Origin: a virus
Lineage: Duplodnaviria > Caudoviricetes
Direction: 5' to 3' (one strand)
Virus record (IMG/VR): IMGVR_UViG_2840949845_000010
Coordinates: 1 to 64,000 of that record
Length of the DNA stretch: 64,000 nt
Positions 39,004-48,782 of the stretch are shown here, piece after piece. The notes under the pieces are model-generated. The model saw only the letters and a program-made list of their open reading frames with translations, was not told the origin of the DNA and ran no database searches. Position 1 is the stretch's first letter; every line of letters begins with the position of its first letter. The position numbers were made by a program, and so were the translations under genes.

Positions 39004-40548
39004 TTAAGAAACCACACCTTTTTGGTTATGGGAAATCACGTCATTGGCTATTTCACCGAACATCTTTATGCGGCTATACGGCACGAATCTCGGATTGTCA
39101 CTAACGACCGGGAAGCGTGACACCACCATGTGTTGGACCTCGTTCAGCGCCAGCTTCTCCTTCAGTAGATGTTCTCGGTTCTTTTCCTTTAACAAGGCGC
39201 TCTCATAAGCACGCACTAGCCTATAATTGAATCTAGCAAAGCGCGAAGCGTCCGCCTCGAGATAATCGATATCAGTAAAATTGTTTTTGCATTGAATGTT
39301 CCAAATTACGCCATCCCGAACAGTTACAACATCAAACTCACGACGATTGATGCGCCGTACATCTTGCACAACGAAGCCCTGTCGGCTTATCTCCTGGCGA
39401 ACCGCTTCTTCAAATATGAAGCCTGTGCGGATCTGATAACGCTTTTGACGATCAAGGCACCGAGCGCGCCAGTAGTAGATAAAACGACTCAGAAGTGTAA
39501 CGGTTGATCGATAGACGCCATTGATTAAAACAAAAGGGGAATAAGTAGACAGACAATCTAGATAGGTCACTCCCGATGAGAGAAATGCAGATTTCAAGTC
39601 TGGTGGCGCTCTAAATTCATCAAATAGCGCTGAAATATCTTCTGGACTTACTACGATCCAAAAGTCCTTTTCCACAAAATTGATGGATAAACGACGCACT
39701 ATTCCTGCCGCAGATGGAAATTCTGTCTTCGCCAATTCGAATTCTGAATAGGCTATTTCGATATTGAGAATATCATTTCGGAGTTCAGCAGCTGAGAAAA
39801 TTCTGTCTGGACTTAACGTTTCCCTCATCGCCCATTGTGTAACATCGTCCGTGATTGGCATATTGATGATCGGTGCTCGCTCGGGCTCAAGAAAAAATGG
39901 ATCTAGCATTGCCAATTCAGCAGATTCTTGCGCCGGCAGACCAAGTTTTGTCCGAGACAGCTTCACCTTCAGCGCGTTCTGTGCGCCTTTCAATTGAACT
40001 CCGTTGAGCTCAATCATCGGCAGGAAGATAAGGAGCGCATCGTAAGGTATTACAGCCTTATTTCCGCAACATGCCTTCGGAATCATATGAAGTAGAGCTA
40101 TGAAATGGCGCCGTCGCGATTGAAGATAGATTATCATAGATCCGACTGTTCTAAAATAAGAAGCGATCTCAGAGTGTCCGTGTGCATCAAAACCTGTCGC
40201 TATACCTACGCCATACCTTATAAGATTGGTAAAGCGGTTTGCGAAATTTCTGCTGAATTTTTTAATAAATAATTGGCGCACAGCCTGAAACTGCGGTGTC
40301 AATTCGACGTGCAGGCTGAGCGGGAGAGAGTATATGTATTCTTCAAATTCGTCATCGTCCCAATCGACGTTTATTAAGTTAATGCACTCTTCGATAGCGC
40401 GAAGAGTATCAAGCCAAGCATATGTTGCAGAAATCGGCTCGTACGGAGCGAGGCAATCATGAACCATCTGGCGCTCTTGAAGCGCAATGCGTTCAACGAG
40501 CAAGTGCTCGGGAGACGATGCTGTCAAAATGCGTGATTGCTCGGTCAT
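39004..40548 (-). CDS. AT-rich moron protein with C-terminal PD-(D/E)XK (NERD/Mrr-like) nuclease domain
   Basis: GFIFEEAV...EFDVV...IQCKN catalytic pattern; codon usage differs from flanking phage genes. Confidence 0.6.
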   Translation of the reverse strand: MTEQSRILTASSPEHLLVERIALQERQMVHDCLAPYEPISATYAWLDTLRAIEECINLINVDWDDDEFEEYIYSLPLSLHVELTPQFQAVRQLFIKKFSRNFANRFTNLIRYGVGIATGFDAHGHSEIASYFRTVGSMIIYLQSRRRHFIALLHMIPKACCGNKAVIPYDALLIFLPMIELNGVQLKGAQNALKVKLSRTKLGLPAQESAELAMLDPFFLEPERAPIINMPITDDVTQWAMRETLSPDRIFSAAELRNDILNIEIAYSEFELAKTEFPSAAGIVRRLSINFVEKDFWIVVSPEDISALFDEFRAPPDLKSAFLSSGVTYLDCLSTYSPFVLINGVYRSTVTLLSRFIYYWRARCLDRQKRYQIRTGFIFEEAVRQEISRQGFVVQDVRRINRREFDVVTVRDGVIWNIQCKNNFTDIDYLEADASRFARFNYRLVRAYESALLKEKNREHLLKEKLALNEVQHMVVSRFPVVSDNPRFVPYSRIKMFGEIANDVISHNQKGVVS

Positions 40549-40806
40549 TGGAAGCGTGCTCCTACTTTGGATTTTAGAAAATTCCCCATCATTTTAAACG
40601 GGTTCTCAGCGCAGAATTTTACAACCTGCCTCCCATCAAAGGATCATGATAGCCTGATTCATATATTAATACGCATGAAAAATCGCCAAAAGAAAAGCCC
40701 TCTCCCCACACATCCGCTCCTAGCGCACAGTAGCCTTTCAAGTAGCGGATGCAGCAACCCCACATACAGTAAGTGTCTTAACTGGACAGGAACGGCCGCA
40801 AGCAAC

Positions 40807-40833
40807 AAGCCCCGCCGATGAAGCGGGGCTTTC
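40807..40833. terminator. Rho-independent terminator (possibly bidirectional)
   Basis: AAGCCCCGC-CGATGAA-GCGGGGCTTT right after the 40836 stop. Confidence 0.7.
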
Positions 40834-40835
40834 CT

Positions 40836-41903
40836 TCACAGCGAACCTCGTGGGTCCCATCGGAAATCATTGACACTCAGGCCCGTGTCAAAGCCCGCAT
40901 AATAGGCGGACAGAGAGGCGTCGTAGTAATTGAATTGCTTCGTCATGCCCGAGGTTTGGGATATACGCCCCAGGAGATACCGTCCTTGCGGAGAGGCCGC
41001 CACCAGCGTGCCCCCTCCGGTCCAGGTCACGGCGTTGTAGTTGGTCGCGGTCGAGGCTGCCGGTAGGCCGCTCACCGCAGTCCAATTGGTGACGCGGAAG
41101 GCGGTGTTCGCCACGGACCCATTCACGATGCCCGCAAGTTTGCTTGATGTGGAAACAAAATTGTTCAGAAAGCCGATGCTTGTTATTAGGCTTAAGGTTA
41201 TTATTTTTGATGTTGATGTGTTTAGATACGCGCCATAAAGGTTGTTGCTCAGGACATAGTAAACAAATATTGCCGTTCCTTCTCGCCCCTTCGCCACAGT
41301 CAGCGAGGTTATGGCGGTCGAAACCGTGAGCTGGTTGGAGAAAGCGGTCATGGTCGCCCAGGCGATGACCTGGAAGGATGGGCTTGAGGAACTGCCGGAT
41401 GCGAAGCCCAGAACGATGTAAGCCCCGTCAGGGGACCACTCCCCCGCGTTCACCGCCGTGGAACGACTGTAGGCGCCAGACACCGGGGTCCAGGTCGCGG
41501 CGTCATAGAACTTCACGTACCCGCCGGCGTCCGTGACGGCCAGCACATCGTTGGCGGTCGGTCGCCACCCAATGATCTTGGTGAAGGTTCCGTCGATCTC
41601 GGCGATCACATCCTGGGTGTCGGCGTTGAAGATCACCAGCTTGTTGACGGTGCCGGTCAGAATCACCGCGAGACGCCCATCGCTGGATGGGCACACCTGC
41701 TTGCAACTCGGCCCTTGGCTGGCGTAGGTCGAGAATGTCCGGCTGTCCCACCGGGCTTTCTGGAAGTTCCAGGTCGAAATGTATTTGGCGCCGTCGAAAC
41801 TGTGACCGAAGTAGATGACCGGATCGGTCGGCAAGATGACGGCCTTTGCACTGGCGGCCTTTGCAAGGCAGGCCGAGTGGTACGCGGTCAGGCACTCCAG
41901 CAT
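40836..41903 (-). CDS. WD40/beta-propeller putative receptor-binding protein
   Basis: SSDGRLAV, VKFYDAATW, EWSPDGAYIVLG, ASPQGRYLLG, FRWDP blade motifs. Confidence 0.7.
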   Translation of the reverse strand: MLECLTAYHSACLAKAASAKAVILPTDPVIYFGHSFDGAKYISTWNFQKARWDSRTFSTYASQGPSCKQVCPSSDGRLAVILTGTVNKLVIFNADTQDVIAEIDGTFTKIIGWRPTANDVLAVTDAGGYVKFYDAATWTPVSGAYSRSTAVNAGEWSPDGAYIVLGFASGSSSSPSFQVIAWATMTAFSNQLTVSTAITSLTVAKGREGTAIFVYYVLSNNLYGAYLNTSTSKIITLSLITSIGFLNNFVSTSSKLAGIVNGSVANTAFRVTNWTAVSGLPAASTATNYNAVTWTGGGTLVAASPQGRYLLGRISQTSGMTKQFNYYDASLSAYYAGFDTGLSVNDFRWDPRGSL

Positions 41904-42940
41904 CAGAACCCCACCACGGCGAAGGCACGGACCACCGATCCATCGACTGACCGGCGAAGATGAATCTCGTCCGTCCCGGACGAGGACAGGGAGGGGACTT
42001 CACCGCCCAGCCAGACGATCCCACTCGGCCATGTCGGGGTGAACGCCCCGCCGTTGGTCAGGCGCAGGATGTAGACGGCTTCGCCGCTGGTCGGCGCGCC
42101 CGACAGGATGACGGTGTAGGCCGCAGTCGCCGTGTGGCTGAACAGCACGCCCGTCGCGTGGTCCAGCGTGACGTTGGCCCCGGACACCGTGACGGCGCCG
42201 ACCTTCAGAGAGGGGTTGCTGATCGCGGTGGCGTCGGCCTTCGCGTCCAGCGCGGCCTGGAGACCCGTGACGGTGGCGATGGCGTGGGTGTGGCTCGTCG
42301 CCGCCTTGCCGTCCAAGGTGGTCTGGAGGTTCGTCACGTCCGAGATCGCGTGGGTGTGGGCGCTCGGGGTGAAGCTGTCCGGCTTCCCCGTCACCCCCGT
42401 CCACGGAACCGAGGCCGCCGTGCCAGCGCTGAACGCGGTGTAGCCCGCCTCCACGGTCAACTGCGTCTGGTCGGTGACGATGTAGACGTTGCCGGTGTCG
42501 GCCTCCTTCACGAAGTCGCCGAGTTGAACCGTGGCCGTGGTCAGCGCCAGCCGGGCCGCCGTGTTCGCCACCCCGACCATCCGCTCCAGCGCGGCGGTTG
42601 GGATGCGGGCGATGTCGAACACCCCGCTCGTGATCGTGGAGGCGTCCTGCGTGTGGACGGCCTCGGCCTTGCCGTCCAGCTTGGTCTGGAGATCGGTCAC
42701 GCTGGCGATGGTATGGGTGTGGGAGTTCGCGGCCTTGGCGTCCAGGGCCGCCTGGAGACCGGGAACATCGTCGATGCCGTCGATGCTCGACCCGCCGACC
42801 TTGACGATGCTCCCGTCCGTCTTGCGGACGTAGATCGAGTCCACGTCGTCGAAGGCGATCTCGCGCAGGGCAAGGTCGCTGGTCGAGGGAACAGCCCCCG
42901 CCGTGCGGGCGGTCTTCAACAGGATGCGCGAATAGCTCAT
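41903..42940 (-). CDS. Tail fibre protein with HTHxIxxVTxLQxxLDxK repeats
   Basis: Mtd-N-like N-terminus RILLKTARTAGAVP; several phage tail repeats; C-terminal TWPSGIVWLGGEVPSLS adaptor domain. Confidence 0.82.
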   Translation of the reverse strand: MSYSRILLKTARTAGAVPSTSDLALREIAFDDVDSIYVRKTDGSIVKVGGSSIDGIDDVPGLQAALDAKAANSHTHTIASVTDLQTKLDGKAEAVHTQDASTITSGVFDIARIPTAALERMVGVANTAARLALTTATVQLGDFVKEADTGNVYIVTDQTQLTVEAGYTAFSAGTAASVPWTGVTGKPDSFTPSAHTHAISDVTNLQTTLDGKAATSHTHAIATVTGLQAALDAKADATAISNPSLKVGAVTVSGANVTLDHATGVLFSHTATAAYTVILSGAPTSGEAVYILRLTNGGAFTPTWPSGIVWLGGEVPSLSSSGTDEIHLRRSVDGSVVRAFAVVGF

Positions 42941-43269
42941 GAATAATCCCCACCATCCAGGGTGAAGTTCGGGTTGTCGAACGCCGAGAGGGGGAAGACG
43001 GTGATGTTGCCCTTTCGATCAACCGAAGGGACGACGCTCTGGGTGACGGGATCACGGGTCTCGCCAACGCCGAAAATCCCGCCGTCCGCTTCCGCGACCG
43101 GGACCTCAAGGCCGGGAAACCGTCCCCCGTCTGTGTCGGAACCCCAGCCCGTGTAGACCCTGTAGGTCACGCGGTCTGGGTCTTCATCCCCGTCCAACCC
43201 CATGAGCCAGCGGGCGGCTCCTCGGGCCATGCGGATCAAGGGGGCGTCCGCGTTGACGAGACCTGACAT
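42937..43269 (-). CDS. Hypothetical tail-associated protein ending in LDGGDY
   Basis: GGAG RBS; coupled to tail fibre gene. Confidence 0.55.
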   Translation of the reverse strand: MSGLVNADAPLIRMARGAARWLMGLDGDEDPDRVTYRVYTGWGSDTDGGRFPGLEVPVAEADGGIFGVGETRDPVTQSVVPSVDRKGNITVFPLSAFDNPNFTLDGGDYS

Positions 43270-43290
43270 CGCTCCCCTCCGCGCAAAGAG

Positions 43291-43318
43291 AAAAGGGGTG
43301 GCGCAACGCACCACCCCC
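43291..43318 (-). terminator. Rho-independent terminator
   Basis: GGGGTGG-loop-CCACCCC-TTTT on minus strand. Confidence 0.6.
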
Positions 43319-43347
43319 TCCTCGTGTTGGCTTACGCCAGGGCGATG

Positions 43348-44301
43348 TTAGGTGACGCGCACCTTGTCGGTCGCCGACAGGGCGGCCACCGGCAGGATGT
43401 TCACCCCGTCCACGGTGTAATCGTCCACCACGTCCACCAGCAGGCCGTTGATGTAGACCTGTTCGGTGCCGGCAACCGGGGTTGCGGCCAGGGCGAAGGA
43501 GGTGAAGCCGCCGTTCGCCACCGCCGCCTCGCGGACCACGAAGGTCGCGGCGACCGCCGTGCCGTCCGCGTTGCCGACGAAGATGCGGCCCGCCGCCAGG
43601 GCCGCGTTCAGCTTGGTCGGCAGCGCGCCCTCGACCGCCGTCACCCGGTCGGTCAGCGCGCTGTCGGCGGCCTGAAGGGTGTCGATCTCACCTTCGCTCG
43701 CCGTGACGCGGGCCTCCAGCGCGGTCGCGTCGGCCTCGGCGTTGGTGACGCGGCCTTCCAGCGCGTCGATGTCGGCCTCGGCGGTCGTGACGCGGCCGGT
43801 GAGCGCCGTCACGTCGCCATCGACCTCGACCAGCGCGCCCTGCACGTCGGTGGCCTGGAGACTGCCGACCGGGGTGAACGTCACCTGTTCCGCCGCATAG
43901 TCGCCCGCTTCGGCCAGGATCGGACCCGACCGACCGAAGACCGAGACCACCTTGTCGGTGTTGTCGATCTTCTCCCAGTCGGCGCCGTTCGAGACCACCC
44001 AGTCGCGCTGTTCCCAGTCGGCCACGCCGTCGATGACGGTCGTGCCGGCGACGGCCACGACGTAGTAATGCCCCTTGTTGTCGGCGGCGGCGGTCGGCAG
44101 GACCGGCAGGTTCTGGGTGGCGTCCCAGATCCCCTTGTAGGTCATTGCGCCCGCAACCTTGGAGACCTCGGAATCCACATACGCCTTGCGGGTCACGTCG
44201 TTGGCCGCGACCGGAGCGCCCAGGTTCGACAGGATGAAGCCGCCGAAGTCGAAGTTCTCGGTGGCCTGAACCTGCTTCAGCTTCAGCAAAGTCTTTGCCA
44301 T
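43348..44301 (-). CDS. Coiled-coil fibre/shaft protein (C-terminus probably clipped by a 1-bp insertion)
   Basis: LGAPVAANDVTRKAYVD, YKGIWDA, heptads LEGRVTNAEA, VYINGLL...DYTV. Confidence 0.7.
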   Translation of the reverse strand: MAKTLLKLKQVQATENFDFGGFILSNLGAPVAANDVTRKAYVDSEVSKVAGAMTYKGIWDATQNLPVLPTAAADNKGHYYVVAVAGTTVIDGVADWEQRDWVVSNGADWEKIDNTDKVVSVFGRSGPILAEAGDYAAEQVTFTPVGSLQATDVQGALVEVDGDVTALTGRVTTAEADIDALEGRVTNAEADATALEARVTASEGEIDTLQAADSALTDRVTAVEGALPTKLNAALAAGRIFVGNADGTAVAATFVVREAAVANGGFTSFALAATPVAGTEQVYINGLLVDVVDDYTVDGVNILPVAALSATDKVRVT

Positions 44302-44328
44302 GGTGGCGATGCTCCCTTCAGGTAAATG

Positions 44329-44754
44329 TTAGGTGGAGGTCATGTAGTAGACGGCGACCGTATCGCTGCTATCCAGCGAGTAGCCGACGACACCCATATC
44401 GATCTTGACCACGTAGGGGCCGGCTCCATCGAGCGAGACCGCCGTAAGGTCGATGCCCATGCCGTTGATGGTCACGATCAGACCATCCTTGTTCCCACCC
44501 TGAAGACCATCCGGCAGGGTGGTGTTGAGGGTGTGGATGCCGGTCGTCGCAATCGCCGGACCAGCCTCGGTGAAGCTGCGGCGCTCGAAGACGATGCCGC
44601 CCTGGGAGGGCATCCACACCGGGGCGCCGCCTTCCATCGTCAGGACGTAGCCGTCGCCGCCGGGCGCCAGCGACGCGCCACGGCCCTCGGCGTCGCCGAG
44701 GGCGAGGTTGTAGGCCGGGATGGCAATCTGTTTGAGGCGTTGCGTGCTCGCCAT
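44329..44754 (-). CDS. Hypothetical structural protein
   Basis: RLKQI N-terminus and VTING...DTVAVYY domain shared with neighbours. Confidence 0.6.
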   Translation of the reverse strand: MASTQRLKQIAIPAYNLALGDAEGRGASLAPGGDGYVLTMEGGAPVWMPSQGGIVFERRSFTEAGPAIATTGIHTLNTTLPDGLQGGNKDGLIVTINGMGIDLTAVSLDGAGPYVVKIDMGVVGYSLDSSDTVAVYYMTST

Positions 44755-44764
44755 GGTCAGACTC

Positions 44765-45130
44765 TCAGGTTTGGGTTGCTGCGGGCAGCGCCGAGTAGAC
44801 GATCAAAAGTTCGTCCACGGTTTCGAGCCGATACGGAAGGTTGAGGATGGTCAGCGTCGGCGCCGAGTAGGTGAAGCTCTCGGGCGACAGCCCCTGGCCG
44901 TTGATCTGGACTTGCTCGACCTCGTAAACGTCGCCCGGCATCGTGAAGACGGTCTGACCGTCCTGGTCGATGGCGACCTTGAGGGAGCGAATGTCCGATC
45001 CTGTAAACCCGGCGCGCAGGAGGTCGCTGATCTTGAGTCGGCGCGTCACCCCGTTCTGGACGATGGGTAGCCATTCATCCCCGGTCAGGGGGAGCGCCAG
45101 ATCGAGTTGTGAGATTGTCCGTCCGCTCAT
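44765..45130 (-). CDS. Hypothetical structural protein
   Basis: TISQL.LA..LTGDEWLPIVQNGVTRR tail-fibre attachment motif; DGQTVF...VQING...DELLIVY; start may lie upstream at 45250. Confidence 0.6.
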   Translation of the reverse strand: MSGRTISQLDLALPLTGDEWLPIVQNGVTRRLKISDLLRAGFTGSDIRSLKVAIDQDGQTVFTMPGDVYEVEQVQINGQGLSPESFTYSAPTLTILNLPYRLETVDELLIVYSALPAATQT

Positions 45131-45276
45131 CGGCCTTCGGAAGCGTGAAGGCCGGGACGCCCCAGTCCCGGCCCTCTTCCCCCGCCCCAGGAGAACCCGC
45201 CACGAGTGCGAGCAACACCCAGACCCTACCAGCCCCAGGAGCGCTGTCATGCAGCAGACGGGTAAGGGTTGCGGCC

Positions 45277-45579
45277 CTAACCCAGCTCCGTGACCACAAG
45301 AAGACCGGCGGTGGCGGTCGGGCCGGGGCGCGCATCCAGCTTGGTGTATTGGCGGGTGTCGTAGACGAAGTATCCCCCGCCGCGCAGATACACTTCCGGG
45401 CCGCCGTCGTAGAAGCGGATGACGGTGTCGTATTCCGGCTGAAGTTCGACGGCCAGCACCTCCTCCACCTTGAACGTGGCGGTGGAGGTCCACTCCCCGG
45501 CGGTCAGAGACATCTGGTGGCAGCCGACCGGGTGCAGGGCCTGGACAGGCTGCCGGTTGTCATCCATCGGAAGCGGCAT
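45277..45579 (-). CDS. Hypothetical protein
   Basis: MPLPMDDNRQPVQAL start; within fibre cluster. Confidence 0.5.
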   Translation of the reverse strand: MPLPMDDNRQPVQALHPVGCHQMSLTAGEWTSTATFKVEEVLAVELQPEYDTVIRFYDGGPEVYLRGGGYFVYDTRQYTKLDARPGPTATAGLLVVTELG

Positions 45580-46645
45580 CGTAGAAATCTCCGTCATAGT
45601 CTTCGTTGAAGTCGGGGAAGACCCCGTTGCCGTATTCGCTACAGTCGATGGTCTCGTAGGCGTCCACGTCGGCGTCATCGACCGGGTAGAGGTAGCCGTC
45701 GGGGACGGGCCGGGTGGCGTTCGGATCGAACAGGGCGCCCATGGCGAAGAGGTCGCCGTAGGCGTCGAGGTCGGCACGGCCCTGGTGGAAGGCGGTTGCC
45801 ACGGAGAGGGTCGCGGCGCCGACGAGCACGACGATCATCGGCGGCGCGAAGATCAGCGTTCCTTCGCCCACCAGCGTGGCGGCGCCGGTCATCAGCGTGA
45901 AAGAGACCGGGTTGGCTGTCAGGGTGGAGGTTTCGCCGACGCTCCAGAGCTTGGCCTTGTAGGTCTGCTGGTGGGAGATCTCCCCGACAACCAGGCTTGC
46001 GACCCCCGGCATGATGATGCCGATGTCGTCAACGGTGGCATCCTGGACGGCCAGCGTGCCCCTGCCCAGGAAACGGGCGGTCGGAACGGCGAGGGTCGCC
46101 CCCTTCGCCACCAGCTTGCCCTTGGCGAGGAGCGCTGCGGCGCCGACGCTGTGGGCGCCTTGAAGGGCCTTCAGCGTGGCCTTGCCCTGGACCTGGGCGC
46201 CGGCCACCCAATTGACCTTGGCTGTGATCGGGTTATGGAACCGACCGAACCCCTTCAGCTCGACCACCTGCTTGCGGTGGATCGCGCCGATGGCGGCGAA
46301 ACGGCCCCGACCGCGAAGGCGGTTGTGGGGCACATTCACGAACAGGTCGCCGATCAGGTCGGCCTCGCCGATCATCGGTTCGGCGTAGGCGGTGTGGGTC
46401 GTGACCTCGGTCGGGGCGCAGACCGCCAGCAGTATCTGGGTTCCGTCCTCGCAGAGGAGCGGCACGCCGTCCTGACACAGCAGGACGGGACAGGCGGCCT
46501 CGCACGTCAGCAGCAGGATCGGCTCGCCGTCCTCGCACAGCAGACACAGCCCATCCTCGCACAGCAGGAACACGTCCCCCTCGCAGGGTGAGGAGGTCGC
46601 CCGCCTCACCCATCGGCGTTCGGAAAGGAGACGGGTGAGCTGCAT
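45560..46645 (-). CDS. Putative tail/fibre platform protein with LLCEDG repeats
   Basis: Four LLC(E/Q)DG repeats at N-terminus; Gly/Ala-rich middle; acidic DGYLYP C-terminus. Confidence 0.55.
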   Translation of the reverse strand: MQLTRLLSERRWVRRATSSPCEGDVFLLCEDGLCLLCEDGEPILLLTCEAACPVLLCQDGVPLLCEDGTQILLAVCAPTEVTTHTAYAEPMIGEADLIGDLFVNVPHNRLRGRGRFAAIGAIHRKQVVELKGFGRFHNPITAKVNWVAGAQVQGKATLKALQGAHSVGAAALLAKGKLVAKGATLAVPTARFLGRGTLAVQDATVDDIGIIMPGVASLVVGEISHQQTYKAKLWSVGETSTLTANPVSFTLMTGAATLVGEGTLIFAPPMIVVLVGAATLSVATAFHQGRADLDAYGDLFAMGALFDPNATRPVPDGYLYPVDDADVDAYETIDCSEYGNGVFPDFNEDYDGDFYDAASDG

Positions 46646-46648
46646 GAC

Positions 46649-47041
46649 TTACTGGTTGCTGGCCTGGATCGACCCGATGGGGAACTCCATCCGGCCCCCG
46701 GCGGCCACCGTGTTGGAGGGCGTGACCGCGCCGTAATAGAGAAGCTGCCCCCCGCTCTGGGCGGACATCACGCCGACATGGGAGATCGTTCCCCAGGCGG
46801 CGGTCGCGACGGGGAAGGTCAGCAGGTTCTCGTTCGCGCTGACGCCGTCGCTTGGGTCCGAGAAGGTGATGAGCTGGCGGACGTAACTGCCGCCCGTAAC
46901 CTCGACGCCGGAATTGTCGTCGTTCGGGTTCGAGGTGTAGAGCGCGAGGTAAACCGCACCGGGCGGGGTCGTGTTGTTCGGGTTGCCCCGAAGAAAGAAG
47001 TTGATGATCTCGTTTTCCATGTAGTCGGAGAACGCGGACAT
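46649..47041 (-). CDS. Conserved phage tail-associated protein
   Basis: SDYMEN...VYLALYTSNP...EVTGGSYVRQ...FPVATAAWGTISHVG motif widespread in tail modules. Confidence 0.75.
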   Translation of the reverse strand: MSAFSDYMENEIINFFLRGNPNNTTPPGAVYLALYTSNPNDDNSGVEVTGGSYVRQLITFSDPSDGVSANENLLTFPVATAAWGTISHVGVMSAQSGGQLLYYGAVTPSNTVAAGGRMEFPIGSIQASNQ

Positions 47042-47484
47042 GGAGCTGGCTCCCAAACAAGTGAATCGTTGGATCGGGCCAAGCTACGGGATCGGGGCGA
47101 CCGGCGCCGTTCAGGACTGGGTTCACGGCGCGGCAGTAACTCAGGTTCAAGTTGAAGTAATAAAAGTACATTTCCGAATTTCTGGAAATTTCATCGGTCG
47201 AGATGAAGGGGGGACCCCCACCCCGTACCCTTCAACCCATTGTAAATAAAGGGTGTACCCTTCGCCCCGGCCCTGCGCTTATGGCAAGTCACGGCCTACC
47301 CCTGTGCTATGGTGTGTCTACGGTGATTAACAAATCACTCGCCCATCGAAGGAGAAGGCAAGGGCGTCGATAGGAGAAGTCTGTCTAAATCCGTCCCATG
47401 TCCAAATGTTGGACAGAAAGGACGAAGACAGGACAGGTGCGCCCACTTCCCGGACCCATCCAAATTTTGAACGGGGTATCGAAC

Positions 47485-48060
47485 ATGACGACGCAAGTAA
47501 CCTACACGTCCGCCATGAAGTTGACGGCGGCGGCTTTCGACGGGGTGTCGGATCGCCTCATCCATTTGGCGGCTTCCACGGCGCTGACCTACCTTGCGGG
47601 CGTCAACGGGTGGAACACGGACAAGAAAATTCCCGCTGAAACGGTGCGCGAACAGTTGGTCGATACGTTCCAAACGAGCGGGAACAAGCGGACCACGGCC
47701 TACACCTTCGCGCAAACGGGGTGGAAGCTCGCCGCTCGCCTGTCCAAGGGAGACAAGGCGTTCCGGGAAACCTTGAAGGCGAGCGACTTGCAAGAAGCCG
47801 TCAACCTGATTGTGGTTCAGATCAAGGCGGATTTGCAGGCTGGCAACCTGCCCCTGACCATGGATGGTTTGAAAGCCCTGTTGGAAGGGCCGAAGAAAGA
47901 CGCCAAGCCCGCGAAAGGCGCGGCGGAAAAGATCCTCACCTTGCTCAATGCGGACGACAGCGAGTTCAGCGACCAAGAGCTTGAGGACATTCTCGCCGCC
48001 GTCCGGGGGCTGGTCACGGCCCGCGCCCAGCACGCCGCCCCTCTTCAGCAAGCCGCCTGA
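47485..48060 (+). CDS. Hypothetical early protein
   Basis: First gene of the plus-strand early region; followed by a GC hairpin at 48071-48093. Confidence 0.7.
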   Translation: MTTQVTYTSAMKLTAAAFDGVSDRLIHLAASTALTYLAGVNGWNTDKKIPAETVREQLVDTFQTSGNKRTTAYTFAQTGWKLAARLSKGDKAFRETLKASDLQEAVNLIVVQIKADLQAGNLPLTMDGLKALLEGPKKDAKPAKGAAEKILTLLNADDSEFSDQELEDILAAVRGLVTARAQHAAPLQQAA

Positions 48061-48245
48061 CACGCAACCCGGCGGGGGGAAACTCCCCCCGCCAGCGCCC
48101 GGCGTTTATGAAGGCCCATTCTTGGAGTGGGCCGTCATAAGCCTCGAACGAACCCTGCGCCATGTTCTGGCGCGGGGCGTTTGGCGTGCCCACAACCCGG
48201 TCTCGTTCAAAATTTGGACGGGACGCTGTAGGAGAGGTGTGTCCG

Positions 48246-48782
48246 ATGCGACCCCAAATCCAAAAGTTGGACCGGCACCCGATGTTCGGGTTCCTGGTCC
48301 AAGCGGCGAAAGACCGGGCCGGCGGGTGGATTGAGGACCGGGCCGCGTTCGACGCCCTGGTCCTGGCCGAGTATGCGGCCTTGCGCCAAATGCTCCCCGA
48401 GGCCAAAGCCCCGGATGGGCCGGAGCGTGACAGCCTGGACAGCCTGACCGCCGAGTGGTCCTCGCGCATGGCCCGTCCCGCCGCGTGGCGCCCCTCGCTG
48501 CCCGAGCGGGTCTTCCCGGATTTCCCCGACGCCCCGCCCATGCGGGACGAGGACATCCCTGATGACGGCCTGGGCGCGTTCCGGGACATGCTCGACTTTC
48601 CCGATCCGGTCGTGCCCCAGCGCGTGCATCACATACTGGCCGACACCGACCACCGCGTTCAAGTCGCGGCCCAGGCCCAGGCCGACAAGCGGGCCGCCCG
48701 CAAGCCGGGCAAGGCCAAGCAGGTGTTCGAGCCGCCCGTGCCCAAGGGCATGGGTCCGAAAAAGCGCTGGGCGCTGTCCTGA
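48246..48782 (+). CDS. Hypothetical protein
   Basis: GAGGT RBS before ATG; GC3-biased codons. Confidence 0.6.
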   Translation: MRPQIQKLDRHPMFGFLVQAAKDRAGGWIEDRAAFDALVLAEYAALRQMLPEAKAPDGPERDSLDSLTAEWSSRMARPAAWRPSLPERVFPDFPDAPPMRDEDIPDDGLGAFRDMLDFPDPVVPQRVHHILADTDHRVQVAAQAQADKRAARKPGKAKQVFEPPVPKGMGPKKRWALS

